This document shows, one piece after another, positions 23,801 through 40,026 of a stretch of 64,000 bases of DNA. The position numbers and the translations under genes are program-made. The notes under the pieces are model-generated. The model saw nothing but the letters and a program-made list of their open reading frames with translations, was not told the origin of the DNA and did no database searches. Each line of letters opens with the position of its first letter. The stretch's first letter is position 1. The stretch spans positions 3,129,987 to 3,193,986 of the forward strand of contig NW_003314265.1 of assembly GCF_000143415.4 (NCBI RefSeq), given 5' to 3'. Source of the stretch: Selaginella moellendorffii (lineage: Eukaryota; Plantae; Lycopodiophyta).

Positions 23801-26680
23801 TGCTTACTTAAACAATAATCAACCCCAAAGTGGTTGATAGTGAAGCTAATCTACTTATAAGAAGTAGCATGGTAGTCACTTTAACTAAATTTTCTAAATG
23901 ATCCATTTCATGCTAAGCTTAGGTTGGTATTTTTAGTTTCTTGAAAATTTTCTTATTAGTTGTTGGAAAAGGTTATGGCATTTATTTGCTATAACTTGTT
24001 GGAAATCTATTAGCACTTAGAGTAGATTGTTGGATGGAGAAGATGTGAAGTTAAGGCATTAACATTGCTAACACTGAAGGTGATATTGTTGTTTCGAGTG
24101 ATAAGGAATTTTCCTTAGACCATAATTTTTCATGTCATTTTTCTTTTTAGTATTTTTGCTTCATACTAGATCTTGAAAGTGATTGAAGAAAAATGTTAGG
24201 GCAATGTGGATATTTGAAAATATGGCTTTTATAATTGAGTTTTAGATGTTCATTTTGCATTATATGGATGTTAGTGTTTGATTCATAAATATAAACATGA
24301 TGTTTGATGCTTAGACATACTGATTGGTTATGAGAATTAGTGTTGAGGTGAATCTTTATGAAATTGTAGATAGGAAGAAGTTGGTTGAGTCATAAGAATT
24401 TATATTCATTTTTTTTCTAGAATGGAAATTTTCCACAAATTTTTTTAGGTTTTTCCAATAGTTGATCTATTAATCACTTTGTTTGAAAACCATTCCATTT
24501 TCAAAAACCATTACAAACTAATGAAAGGGTTTAAGTTAACTTCAATTAGCTTAGACTTTAGTATGTAGTTTGTATAATGCAACCTAAAAGAGATGTTGAC
24601 GTTTGGGCCTAAAACAATTAAGTTGGATAGAGTCTAGAGTTGGCATAAAAAAGTGGTTACTACACTTTTCGAGAAAGATGACCTTTGTACCTTTCTTTTG
24701 TAGCGTTATGCTAAATGGCAAGTTGAACTTTATATTTCATTAAACTCTATAGTGAACTCTCATTGATTTTGACTTGTCTTGGTAACCTTGTGTTTTGGCT
24801 GAAGATAGTGATATCCAACTTAGTTGTTTGAGATTGAGGTGTTAGTATGCATACTATGAAGAGGTTGTGTACTATATGAATCCATCTTATAGTCTTTATT
24901 TTAATTTTGATTGAGTGTTCATTATGCATAACTAGCCTCTTCAAGGCATACTTAGAGTTATTGGCTAAATATGTTAGTGAGCTTATTGCAGTTTGATTAG
25001 ATTCAAGTGCCCATTTAGTTTGTGCTTGTCTATGTTCTTATATCTAGTACTTAGGATATTACTTCATGTTGGACAAATATAACTTAATGGCATAAGTTTA
25101 GTGTTTTGGTTTTGTGAAATGCAAGTTGAAAAGTGATTGTTAGTTGTTTTACGACTAATGATTGTTTGTAGACTAATCCCTCACCAATCCGTTGATAATA
25201 TATAATTACAGATAATATATCATCAAGGAGTGAATCACCACATCTAAGACTCAATGTAATCCAACACTATAGAGTAAATGTAATTAAATGATATCAATAA
25301 AGATGGAATCAATATGCCAATATGGAAAAACCATACAAACCCATAATACTATCCTCCACAACACCATTTGACCATACAAACCCATAATACTATCCTCCAC
25401 AACACCATTTGATACCTACAATCACATTAAGGACACTTTCCCCCTCGTTAGGGAAGATCAACATCCTTATTGATGCATACTCTAGTCTTAACTATCACCA
25501 AGGAAACAACTTTAGAAAAAATTTACAGTGCTTACACTTTATATATGAACTTAAATAAGTTAAGAAGTAACCTCTTTGTCTAATGCAAATGCAACTTAAA
25601 CACCTTTTTAGCCGTCACTAACAAAGAGATGACCAATGGAGTTAGCCACTCTTGTTGCTCTAGGTGTCACTCATGTTACAAAAGATCATATGCCTCTATT
25701 TATAGGTGGTATAGAGAGAGAATCCAAAGGTTCTAACCCTCATGAGCAAAGAAACCAAACTCATCGGTAAAGTTTAGATAGATTATTGTAAATAAGCAGT
25801 TAGAGTTGTTTACACAGTTACACCCTTTTAACAGAATAAAGAATATCAAGAGAGAGGCAGGTGATATGATCAATCTACAATAGTTATCTCATAACTATAG
25901 ATTTCACTATATACACAAAGTCTAGAAGCTAATCTACCTATATTGGCATACACCCAAAGATCAAAAGATGAACAATATCAAAATTAGAGACAATGATATT
26001 TTAGAGATCAAATTATCAGTGAATAAATCTTAGATTAAAACACAAAAGTATGCCAAGTAATTTATCATCCAATAAACTAAAATTAGAGTATAGGAACCAC
26101 CAAGATTACTATAGGTGAAAGTTATAGGATTAACCATCTAAGAAAATTTAATAGCAAATATATCATCAAGAAAACTCAATAATAAAGTGTAATTACCAAG
26201 ATAGCAGGCTAAACAACTTATGAAAGACAACTCAAAGAATATAAATTATCATCAACTGGCAAATAAAATGTTTACAGATGTATCACCCAAAGGAAATAAC
26301 ATTTAATTTATCAAAACTAATTATAGCAATAAGTAACAAAACAAAATGAATGCAAAATAACCAATAAATGCTCATTCATACTAATTATCACATGAGCTAA
26401 TCTAAATAGGTCTTAGTCAACAATATTAAGGAACTTGAGTTTCTTAAGAAAGTATCACTAACATTCTATTGATATCTTAAATCTAAGAGACCAATCCAGA
26501 GCAAACCACAAAGAATATGTGATAATATAAAAAACCAAAATCTATTAAAGAAAACAACTAACCATCATAAAAAATTATCAATCATCCCATTAGTAAAAAG
26601 AGGTATTATCATTGTCAAAGAAATAATCCACCATTCCAAAAAATAACAAAATCACAACAAAAGTTCTAATTAGGATATGT
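20890..26680. mobile_element. rearranged mosaic of copies of the LTR family at 49630-56732
   Basis: LTR copy at ~20890-21955. Inverted LTR at ~21958-22688 with PBS TGGTATCAAAGG at 22691 and internal sequence to ~25170. Same-orientation fragments at ~25200-26680, including an LTR end/PPT at ~25410-25455. Confidence 0.8.
25330..25411. repeat. 41-bp perfect tandem duplication at a TE rearrangement junction
   Basis: ACCATACAAACCCATAATACTATCCTCCACAACACCATTTG occurs twice. Confidence 0.9.
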
Positions 26681-26719
26681 GTTGTTCAACAAGATGGAAG
26701 TCAAAGTTTAAAAAGAGTT

Positions 26720-27239
26720 TTACATGATGGTGGGATGCATACAGATCCTATTGCCAGATGAGATCCAGAAGCTTACACTGTGCAGGCACACAACAGCACA
26801 GCAGGATTCCTATGGAGAGGCTTCAACCTTCGAAGTCTATGTTCTCTTTAGTTGTCTTTATGGTTTCTCTAACTGTTTGTTTTTGCAATGCCATGAAATT
26901 GCAACGGTGCCATAGAACAACGTTCCAGGGCCAGCTTAGATGGAGATTTACAATTTGGCAGTGGCGAAATGAGACGATCTACACAAAGCACTCTTGAAAA
27001 GAAATGAATACCTTTACAAAGTTCGAGTAGCTATGTCAAAAAACATCTTCTACTTCAATGGCTTCTACTACCTGGCAGCTTGAGGACGTCAGAGAGTGTC
27101 TCGTAGCGCTGCTTGCGGATCATCCAGATCCAGAAGAGTGGAGGCGGCTGCTCGACAAGGCCGTCTTCATCCACGTGATTGTACCTCTCCCTCTCGCTCT
27201 CGCCTGCTCAACAAGGCCCTCTCTCTTTCTCCCTCCCCC

Positions 27240-27271
<32 letters not shown>

Positions 27272-28200
27272 GGCTGTTGAGGCTAACTTTTCAAGTGCAG
27301 TTGACAATGCCAAAAAGAGAGAAGCGAGCATCAACCTTCGGACGAGATCATCGACGCAGTCCACGACTACATGCTTGCTGATGACCAGCGCAAATGAGCA
27401 TACTTGGAAGATATGGGGCGAGGGACGTATGCCTACAATAGCGTGGATGCTGCTGTGATGCCGATGATGGCTGCCATCCTTGAGGATCCAGTCCAGTTCC
27501 GGGACTTCATCCGGAACGAGGAGGGGTGTTCCTGTGCCGGGACATCAAGTGCTACGAGTGACTTTGGTTTCGCTACACAAGCTGTTGCTCAAGCTGGGCG
27601 TGTTTGTGTCGAATCAATATCCGGTGATGGAGCTGCCGCAGTACGATCTCTCCATGGATTACATCTACATCACTTGGATTCTGGGACTTTCTTGGTCAGC
27701 GCCTGCCATGTTGTAAGGGTACCTCCTGGAAGGTAAGCGTTTCTGGATTGCTTGTGCTTGTGTCTTTGTGTACATGGGGAAGATCCCCAAGAACTGGTTT
27801 CAGCGCCTCCTAGTTCCAGTGCCCTGGATCAAGCTGGCCATTGCGTACTCGCCCGCTGTTAAGAGGATCGTTTGGAAGAGGCTCAACCGCAGTGAGAACT
27901 GTCTGTTTCGGATGGTGGTCGACAAGCTCAGCACTCCATACCAGAGCTTCGACGAGTGTCTCAACATCCTGCAGCTCATCTAGAAGTTTTTGTTCGCTGA
28001 GGACAGTAATAATCTTTATACCAAGGTTACTGCGAACCAGCTGGTGCATTCACTGTCAGCATTCAATCAGTCTCAGCCTGTAAGTAACTCTCCTCTTGAA
28101 AGTGTTTTACAAAGACTCTTTGTTTTCTTACAGGTGCAATAAGAGGACAAGGATATGGAGGGAAACCTTGCATTGCTCACGGTTTTAGAGGTCCTGCTTT
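26720..28200 (+). pseudogene. uncharacterised lineage-specific gene remnant
   Basis: GC-rich coding-like segments (WQLEDVRECLVALL, MMAAILEDPVQFRDF, KNWFQRLLVPVPWIKLAIAY) with in-frame stops, a frameshift and GT-AG introns. Confidence 0.45.
27240..27270. repeat. (GT)n microsatellite (intronic)
   Basis: GT run with one interruption. Confidence 0.9.
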
Positions 28201-29115
28201 TTGTGTACTTAGGTCGTGAAAAGTGGATCGATTTAAATTGAAATTTGATTCGTACAATATTCCGGTGTTTTCTCCAAAAAAAAAAGAAAAATAAACTTTA
28301 TTGGAATATACCTAGAATAATATTCTTCAACTTTTAAATTATTGAGCTGGGAATTATAATCTTTGTGGGTACTTAACTTTTTGTTTTAAGAGCCTTTCTA
28401 GCTTGTCTTCTCATTTTCTATACACAGGTACGTAAGGTGTTTTCAAGTACTTCTAGGGCCTCAATATCTTAATTGTTCCTAAAGGAAAAGATTTCTCTCA
28501 TTCTTCGTTCAAGTATCTAGCCAAATTCCATCTTCTAAAGATTTATGTTTTATTAGTTATTCATACTATATGTAGAGATCAAAGCAATGATCCGAGTAGG
28601 TACACATTTGGTTTGCTATGGATTAGCAAGCATTCCTTCGGTGTGGATTTGGTTACCTTTTTGAACTATTTATTATACCATCTAAAGTATGTTATACATT
28701 TAGATTAATCAAGTATAAATATATTTTATAATTTAAAAACTTTCTTGAACAGCTATCTTCTGGATATTTATAAATTATAAAAATGTTTACAGTTATAAAC
28801 TTTCATAAGCAGCTAGTCTTGCCATAGACACAAAGCCACTCATTTCCTTACAATGAACTCATGTGTTTGGTTTCATATAAAGTTTAGAGTAGAGTTTTCT
28901 ATGCAAAGTTTAGACAAGAGAGATCAAGAGTTCTAATGAATGAAATGAAAAAAAATCTTACCTTCATTTTTTCTCTCAAGTTCATCACCACATCCTACAG
29001 TACAAGCAGGACAGCAAAGAATCGCCACTCTCCTATCATCACATAAGAGCATATCACTCAACCCAGCACAGTAAGGTAATATGATTATTTTTGTTATGTT
29101 AAATTGTTTATGAAC

Positions 29116-29851
29116 TTATAGCAATGATGATGGTGTAGGAGCTGGGCCTGGTGCTGATGCTGGTGATTCTGGTGCCAATGTTGGAGGTGTTGGTGCTGCT
29201 GGTGACAATAGGGGTGGTGCTAATGGTGGTGGAGTTGGTGATAGTGGTGGTGTAGGTGGTGGTGGTGGTTGTGTTCTAGGTGGTGGTGGCGTTCTTGGTT
29301 GTGGTGGTAGAGGAGTTCTTGGTCGTGGTGGGGGTGGTCTTCTAGGTGGTGGTGGAGGAGGAGTTCTTGGTGGTGGTGGAGGTGAACAAGCATTTGGAGT
29401 AAAATAATAGGGTCCACAAGTGAACTTATTATTTCCATTATTGATGCATGTTCTTAAGGATTGGCCACTTGGTCCACCATTTATGTCTGTTAAGAAAGAA
29501 CACCCTTGTGGTGCTCTACTTGTATCCACATTCACTTGGCAACTCCCAATATCTGTTCCAGTCTTCACTATTTCAAAGATATCAAAGTATCCTCTACTAT
29601 TTGTAAATGATGAATCACTATCTCTTGGACAAACCAGGTTTACCTTGACATCTGAAAAATTTAACAAGATTAGAAAAATATAGAAGATAGATCATTTTCT
29701 TACTGAAGATGCCACTCTGAGAAAGTGAACCACAGTTAGTGCAATAAACATAGCCGTCTACTTTGATACTTGTAGTGGCAGCACAAAAATTTTCATTTTT
29801 CAGAATGACTGCAAGTAATAAAATTAAATAGAGAAATGTTTTGCTTTCCAT
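29116..29851 (-). CDS. secreted Pollen Ole e 1 / extensin-like proline-rich protein, 2 exons
   Basis: Signal peptide MESKTFLYLILLLAVIL, VDGYVYCTNC, VKVNLVC, TNSRGYF and the Ole e 1 Cys pattern, then a Pro-rich/AGP-like tail. Intron at ~29652-29703. Confidence 0.82.
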
Positions 29852-30784
29852 ACTTACATGGTAATATGAGGTAAAAGAATGCCCTTTTATAATCTGCACT
29901 ACATTAAGTCAAACATCTAAGGTACAACTAATCAAGACTTTTTTTCAAACCCAAATATTCTGACTTATGTCATCTCATATTTCCTACTTTTGCTATGCTA
30001 ATGATCTTAAACTTGTAATAATAATAATAGAATTTCGGTATATTTGTTTAGAAAGTACAAAATCTAAACTTTGCATCTAATATTGGTTCAAATAAATTAG
30101 CGGAACTATTGGATTAAAATGCACCTAGATTAGGAAAGAATATTCTCAAAATCGAGTGCCTAACTGAGCTACATGGAGGACAACACACCGTAGTCGTTAA
30201 TACAAATAAGGCTCTACTGCATACAAGTTATCTGGGTATCTAGATAGGTGGTACAAGAAAAGATGGAAGATGGCAAACCTGTGATCCCACCTAGATCTCT
30301 ATGATGTTTGGTGTACCCCAATTTTCCCAAGGTAAAAGTCTTTGTGCAGCTGTAAATCTCTTTTTAACCTTTACCCTTTATACTTTGAAATTATGGTCTA
30401 AAAGAATATTCTCAGAATAACCTTTATTTTTGTTTCAAGAAGATAGATCACCTTATTGCAACATGGCTGCCAAGCAATGGTTTCTTCATTCACCCACACT
30501 TTCTTGTAATGCTCAAGAAATTAGGTGCCTCTAGCAGCCAGATCACCATTGTGTCCTTGGATGTTGTTTATGGAAATAGTTTAGATTTCCACACCAAAGA
30601 TGCTGCAATTGATTAAGAACACCTCTTAGTCTAGTTATTTTCAACAGTTAAATCATATTCTTTCTATAAAAGCATTAATATCAGTGACAACTTTATTATT
30701 ATTGAGTTTAATTTCATGGTTGTAAAGAATCTCCAAGAAGAAAAAGATTTCTGCCTTCATCACTTTTGAAGGTTTAATACCTTT

Positions 30785-30990
30785 TTGATCTTGGACTTAA
30801 CCTCGGATTCAACCTTGGACTTAATCTTGGACTCGATTTCAGACTCGACCTCGGACTCTATCTCAGACTTGATCTCGGACTTAATCTTGAACTCGACTTC
30901 AGACTCAATCTCGGACTCTGTTTTGGACCCGATTTTAGATCTTAGACTTCGGTCTCAAACTTGGTCTCAGATTTGATTTTGAACTCAATT
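30785..30990. repeat. degenerate 12-bp minisatellite (consensus about TCGGACTCGATC)
   Basis: About 16 units such as TTGGACTTAATC, TCGGATTCAACC and TCAGACTCGACC. Confidence 0.8.
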
Positions 30991-32172
30991 TCATCTAATA
31001 AACTTTTTATCATTTTGGTCATGCTTTTAGGAATCTTTTAGCCTATGACACTTTGGGGAGTTAGTTCTTTACACTTTATTTCACGCTTTCTGCATACATA
31101 CTGTGACTTTTCTATTTTAGGTAGGCATAAAAAACATGTATGATTTAGAAGTTAAATAAATTTTTCTATTAACTAAAGGTGCAATGTGATGTTATGTAAC
31201 TGTGTTTGGTGCTAAACTCATAATACTCCCACTCTTGCTGTGAAAGGACAGTCTTGCTACAGAAGGATGGTAGCTTATGCTCAAACCTACAAACAAAAAA
31301 TCACAAAAGCTATTTGGCATTAGAAGCACCCTCAATATGGCAAAAGAGAGGTATCTTTAGATTATGAGGGTTTTATACTTTTATAGATAATCAGTGGTTT
31401 AGTGGCAACCAAAGTTAATCTTGTTTATATCTACATTGTATGTATATATGAAACCTCACAAAGAATCTATATATAACAAATAGACAATGAAAACTATGGA
31501 AGAAGCATGACATCTTTTCTTTCTCATCTTTTCTAAGGTCATTAAATTTCATATAATTTTCTGTACTTTATAACCAGATTTTTTATGATGCAAGATAGAC
31601 TGAATGAATGCCAAACCAAGCTTAGCTTGGTAATTTAGTGATGCCAAAGAGTAAAAAGTGGTTATTACCATATTCTTGTGGTGATGAAAACAATGACCAT
31701 GATTGAGTTTATAACTCTCATCCAGTAATATTCATCATCACCACTAGAATACTCTCACCACCTTTTGCACCATCTTACGTTGAGGATATTGTTACTTGCA
31801 CATGCTAGGAGTGATCCGTGAGGATGTTCTGGATTGGAAGTGATTGCTCTCATTAATAGCGTGGAATTAGCAACTAGCCCCTTTAAGTTTACCTTTATCC
31901 TTTTTATTTGTAAAGTAAATTTTAAACTCGTCAATTTAGTATCTAAAATTAAAAGTATTGTTTTTCAAAATTATAGTAAGTAATTTAAATTGCATAAAGA
32001 GTATAGTAATTTTGATTCGAATTACCTAAACCCAATGCATGGTGGCCCCATGCTGTTATATCAGTAGGGAACAGGCACGAGGGATTCTTTTGGCAGCACA
32101 GGGAGGGCAACATGATAGCCTGTGAGTGCCACTGAACTTGAAAAACTAAAAAGCTTGAAAAGATGTCGCTAG

Positions 32173-32823
32173 TCACACATGTTTATCCTGGTGCTCTTGA
32201 ATCTCATCGCTCCTCCTCACTGCCAAGCACGGATCACTTTTGATCCAATTCTCGCGCCCCATGTCGAAGTTCTTGGCGTAGCTCCCCTCGTCGTACGCGA
32301 AATCGATCCCCTTCTTCCTCGCCATGAGCCCGCCGCTCATCTGCCGGACCATTCGCCGCCTCCGGCAATGGACCTCGCTCACGATCCTCTTGGCCATGAT
32401 CCTCCACACCGCGGCATTGGCCACGATCGCCGCCTGGCTGCTGGAAGAATCCCGGGCCTGATCATGACTAGAGGCTGGCGTGCTGTTCTTCCTCCTGTTC
32501 TCGGGGGAAGAATCCAACCCTGGCCAAAGCCGCTTGGCGAGGAGCAAAGAAAGGAGCGGCCACGACTTAAAGAATGCCGTCGGCAAGCACGACTTTGGCG
32601 GCCTCCCGGCATCGTCGGGCCCCTCGTCCTGATCGCCGCCCGCCATCTCCTCTTGATCATCGAGACTCTTGCAATACTGCCGCCAACGCTGGTCGCGATG
32701 ATCCTCGCCTTGAAGCTGCTGGAGGAGATTTTGATCACTGCCGAGCAGTAGCAGTACCGAGGAGGTGGAGTCCCTAGCCGGAGACGTCCGCGTAAAGCAG
32801 CTGATCACTCCGCGCCGATCCAT
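32173..32823 (-). CDS. uncharacterised plant protein with the F-x-YD-xx-SY-xx-NFD-x-G motif, intronless
   Basis: 216-aa ORF with ATG. C-terminal W...KRI...DFAYDEGSYAKNFDMG matches a widespread plant motif. Confidence 0.7.
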   Translation of the reverse strand: MDRRGVISCFTRTSPARDSTSSVLLLLGSDQNLLQQLQGEDHRDQRWRQYCKSLDDQEEMAGGDQDEGPDDAGRPPKSCLPTAFFKSWPLLSLLLAKRLWPGLDSSPENRRKNSTPASSHDQARDSSSSQAAIVANAAVWRIMAKRIVSEVHCRRRRMVRQMSGGLMARKKGIDFAYDEGSYAKNFDMGRENWIKSDPCLAVRRSDEIQEHQDKHV

Positions 32824-33759
32824 GGATCGTCCAAACCTCCTCCCAAAGATTTCTAATCCCTATCCCATGCCGCGAGCCCACGATTCTATAGGCGAGCGGC
32901 GATCTAGCTTCTGTACGCTGCGAATGCAACGGGAATCGCGAGAGGAATAGAAATAGAAAAGAGGGAAAGTCATGCCTCTTTATGGGAGCCAAACAAATGA
33001 AAGTGGTCGAAATGGGGAAATTGCCGTTTAAGCGAGAGGCAGCCGCCACGCGTCACCATCTCTTAGGGCTCCTCGAACGAGATTTGTTTGTGGAGGAACG
33101 CTCAAGCGTGACAAACCAGAAAAGCATGTAGAGTTTTAGCCGGTTCTCAAGCTGGACACATCCCGGGAAGAGCGCGATTAAGCTATCCAAACTCGTTCGG
33201 ATGATATCGCCAAATTCCCTTTAGTTGCTCGAGTTCCCTCCGCCCGACGATCCAAACCACGGGTACAAGGCTGTCAAGTGTCCTGTGGCGATACACTCGT
33301 ACTTGTGCCGTGTTAGAGTGGGATTCCAGGGACGGTTGGCGAGCTCATTTGCCGCCAGATACTTGTAGAAGCAAGCCAAGAGACAACTTAGGACCCATTC
33401 TGACACGAACCACGGGAATATTTTGAGAATAGTCCATGGGCCTGGGGGATTGAGCTGGTCTAAGGTTCGCTCCCTGGTTGTTTCACATTCGAAGCTGGAA
33501 AAGTTAAATTGTCGACAGAACTTCTGGCTTCTTTCAAAGTTGTCATAAGCTGGTGTTCTATAGCTCCTAGAAGGGCCGTTCCAAGCCGATTCTTTATTAA
33601 CTCACTGCTGAAAAGAAATCAAAAGGGAAATCACTTTTGTTAAATTAATAGAAACGTCTTTTATCCTTTAGAAAAAAGTGTAAATTAGAGCGTTAAAAAA
33701 AGGAAGCCCAGAAGTTGGCAAAGATTGAACTGACGTCACACTTTTAGGGTTCTTGGCAG

Positions 33760-34295
33760 CCAAGAGCCTGGGCAGCAAGCGGAGGAAAGCGGAGAGCAAG
33801 TACTACGCCGTGGTAAGATTCATCTTCGAGGACGATGACACGGGCTTCCGCAACATTGAGTCGGTGCCAAAGGGCTTCTACGCCACTCTGGGTCAAACGT
33901 CCTTGACGAGCTCTTTCGAGCTGTCGTAGCGATCTTCTTCCTCGTCGCCGTCGCCGTGGTCGCCCTTGTCATCGCAGTCGGGCTTCCTGGAGCTGGCGAT
34001 CTTCTCTAGCGTCGAGACCTGGAACTGGATCGCCGCCGCATAGGTGCGCGAGGCCGTGTGCGCCGGGGGCCTGGCCTTGAAGGACGCGTACCAGAAGATG
34101 ATGGAGCTGATCGATGCCAGCAACTTCTTTGAAACGACCCACAGAGTGATTTACCACGTCATGCCGGCGGCCGCCCCGATCGTGGACGACGAAGACGAGC
34201 CCGACGAACATCTTTCCCAGCTCTTGAAAGACCTGGACGAGGATGCCGATTCCAGTTTTGAGCTGGACGACCTCCGGGACGCGTTCTGCTGCTAG
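33760..34295 (+). pseudogene. uncharacterised coding-like sequence with in-frame stops
   Basis: GC-rich frame YYAVVRFIFEDDD...LDDLRDAFCC* interrupted by TAG codons; upstream TAGGGTT motif. Confidence 0.35.
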
Positions 34296-34446
34296 GAGCA
34301 GTGGCTCTTGTTCTAGCTCTTGCTGCGAGAAAAACTACTCAAAGAAGTAGAATAAGCAGTACCAGATCTGCGAATAAGATAGGATAGATTTACCAGCTTC
34401 ATTTTCAGAGTAGCTTTTATTTTTAGTTCCCATCTAGCGTGTGATT

Positions 34447-35428
34447 TCAATCGTCCCGCCTCACGGTGTCTGTCATCCAGCATCCTTCATGAGCACCTTC
34501 TTCCTGCAAAAAGAAAAGCAAGTCTTCAGAAAGATCGTTTTCTCTTTTTGACAGACCACCTGCTTTGATAATGCCCAAGAGAAAGTTGCGTTCTTCCCAT
34601 TGGCACCCGTAATGACAATGCGCTGCAAAATTGTGAAAGAGTATGACTGAAGAAAGCACTAGTTTATGGTACCTGCTGAAATCTATTCGGGCTTATAGTC
34701 ATCGAGCTGAGAATCCGAGCATCCTTATGTCCAATCATCAGCTGGATCCCACAAGATGGATAAGAAGATCACTAAGTTGCTGTATTTTTAGGACTTACAC
34801 TGTAAGCTCTCTCCATCATTTGCGTGAACCTCGGGAGCGGACCAGTGTGGCTCTTGTTTGCCGGGGAGGCAAACTCGTATCTAGAAAAGACGAAATGAAC
34901 ATTCAGTAAAAAAAGAAAATTTCACCAGCTTACACAGTCGCGAGGTCTCGCTCTCGTAATGCTTTGAGTTGAGCTAGCACAACGTCGTCAGGAGTTACCT
35001 GCAAACGAAATAAAACCCGCAAAATTTCAGCGAAAGAAGAGGAAAAAAAAACATAACTTCTTACAGAGGAGGGAAATTAATCATACCGATGGATCGGGCT
35101 TCACAGGCAATGCCTTCTCTCCACCTCTAGCAAAACAATATCAGTCATCCAAAACACATAACGTTTGAGTCAATAAACTCCAAAACTAGCACCAATGAGC
35201 AAAGAAATGAAAGGAAAAGAAAATTGTTTACCCGTTCTGCGTTTGTCCGGGACCGGCCGATGCCGAGGCGCGCACGCTAAAATCTCTATCCACAAATCTC
35301 CTCCCTGGACTGAATTTCGTGCTTGCGATCTTCAGCCGCGAGGAAGGCGCTGCAAAATTCCTGCTACTACGGATGAAATTCCCCCCCTGGAGTGGCGCGT
35401 TGTGTATCCTAATCGAATCGATCGTCAT
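34447..35428 (-). CDS. plastid-targeted DUF4864-like protein, multi-exon
   Basis: Transit-like N-terminus ending VRASASA, then KPDPS, VTPDDVVLAQLKALRERD, YEFASPANKSHTGPLPRF and GCWMTDTV. Alternative start at 35596. Confidence 0.7.
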
Positions 35429-35874
35429 GATCCTGCCGAAAAACAATGGCTCGATCGACACAACGAGCTCCCTACCGCTATCTGGAATCCCTCTCCCTCT
35501 AATCCCGCGCCCGATTCTTGCCGCGCCTTCGCAATGAAGGCCTCTCAATCTAAGCGACTGCTTCTCTACCCCGAGAATCGACGTCTCGGCAGCCATTTCA
35601 CCTGGAGGAATTGCGTGGCGCTCGCTACCACGCCACGGACTCCCGCTAAAGCCCTAGACGTGGGAATGAATGAATCTAGTGTGTGTGAATCGTGTGTGTG
35701 TGTGTATGACATGGATGACAATTACCGCCAGGTGTGAGCTGACGTGGCACTAGTGGTGATTTTAGGGTTTTGGCTCAAATGGCAGCTAACGAGGGAGAAG
35801 AGGAGCTTCTTCTTGGAGCTCAAGCGCGCAAGAAGGAGGGATTCACGGCGTCCGTGTCGCAATACGTGCGCGCG

Positions 35875-36443
35875 ATGGATCCGACCGTGTGGCATAAGGT
35901 AGCGGCATTCTCCGGTGAGCGCTTTCTCCCCTTGTGGGTCGATTTTAGCGACGAATTTTGCCCCTTTTCTCGCAGGAATGGCCGCCGTGGGGCTTGGAAC
36001 GTATGGATCGCATATGTACAAGCCAAAGAATCCCGTTTACAAGGAGGTATGGGAGGAGTTTTTTGGCTTTGCTCGAATTTCTTCGCGAATTTTTGTTTTG
36101 CGAAGGTTTACAACACCGCGGCATTGTATCATTTGATGCACACGGCGGCGCTGGTCGCGGCTCCAGTTGCCAAGCATCCTCACGTCGTAAGTCTCTCGAT
36201 CGATCGATTCGTTCTTTCATCTTTTGTCCCCGCTTTCGCAGTTTGGTGGTCTTCTATCGTTTGGAATCGTCGCTTTCTCTGGAACGTAAGCTTGGATTGT
36301 TTTCTAGAGGAGGGAATGAGAGAGCTCTTACTTTTTGTGGCAGCTGCTACACTGTAGCGATTCTAGAGAACCGCAAGTATGCGTTTTTGGCGCCTTTTGG
36401 TGGAGCTTCGTTCCTTGCTGCCTGGGCATCGCTGCTCTTCTGA
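35875..36443 (+). CDS. TMEM256: TMEM256/DUF423 membrane protein, 5 exons
   Basis: MDPTVWHKVAA, AVGLGTYGSH, TAALYHLMHTAAL, GIVAFSGT and LAPFGG...WASLLF joined across GT-AG introns. Confidence 0.9.
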
Positions 36444-36541
36444 AAGTTCCAAACAGGATATAAGTGAATTGTCTGAAAAAAAAACCTTTTTTTAATCGAT
36501 TCACGAATTATAGTGTCAGAATTTTGATTCACCTTCAGATT

Positions 36542-36624
36542 CCGACCTTAGCTCAGTTGGTAGAGCGGAGGACTGTAGTTTCTCAGAAATCCTTAGGTCG
36601 CTGGTTCGATTCCGGCAGGTCGGA
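36542..36624 (+). tRNA. trnY: tRNA-Tyr(GTA) with a 10-nt intron (36579-36588)
   Basis: CCGACCTTAGCTCAGTTGGTAGAGCGGAGGACTGTAG-[TTTCTCAGAA]-ATCCTTAGGTCGCTGGTTCGATTCCGGCAGGTCGGA; T8 terminator at 36634-36641. Confidence 0.97.
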
Positions 36625-36641
36625 CGAGATTCCTTTTTTTT

Positions 36642-39853
<3,212 letters not shown>

Positions 39854-40026
39854 GGCGACAACAAAGAACCCTAGAGAGAGGAGAATTTCCCGCTAAAACT
39901 TTCAAATACCTCTCTAATGTCAAATACCTTTCTATATATACCTCACATTTCAAAATTGTTTGCCATTGGCTCTCGTGGCCTAATGGATAAGGCATTTGAC
40001 TTCTAATCAAGGGATTGTGGGTTCGA

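Noticed and set aside
31790-31885. GC-richer patch as a snRNA/snoRNA
   Set aside because: I could not match it to any spliceosomal or U3 RNA, and there is no clear box structure.
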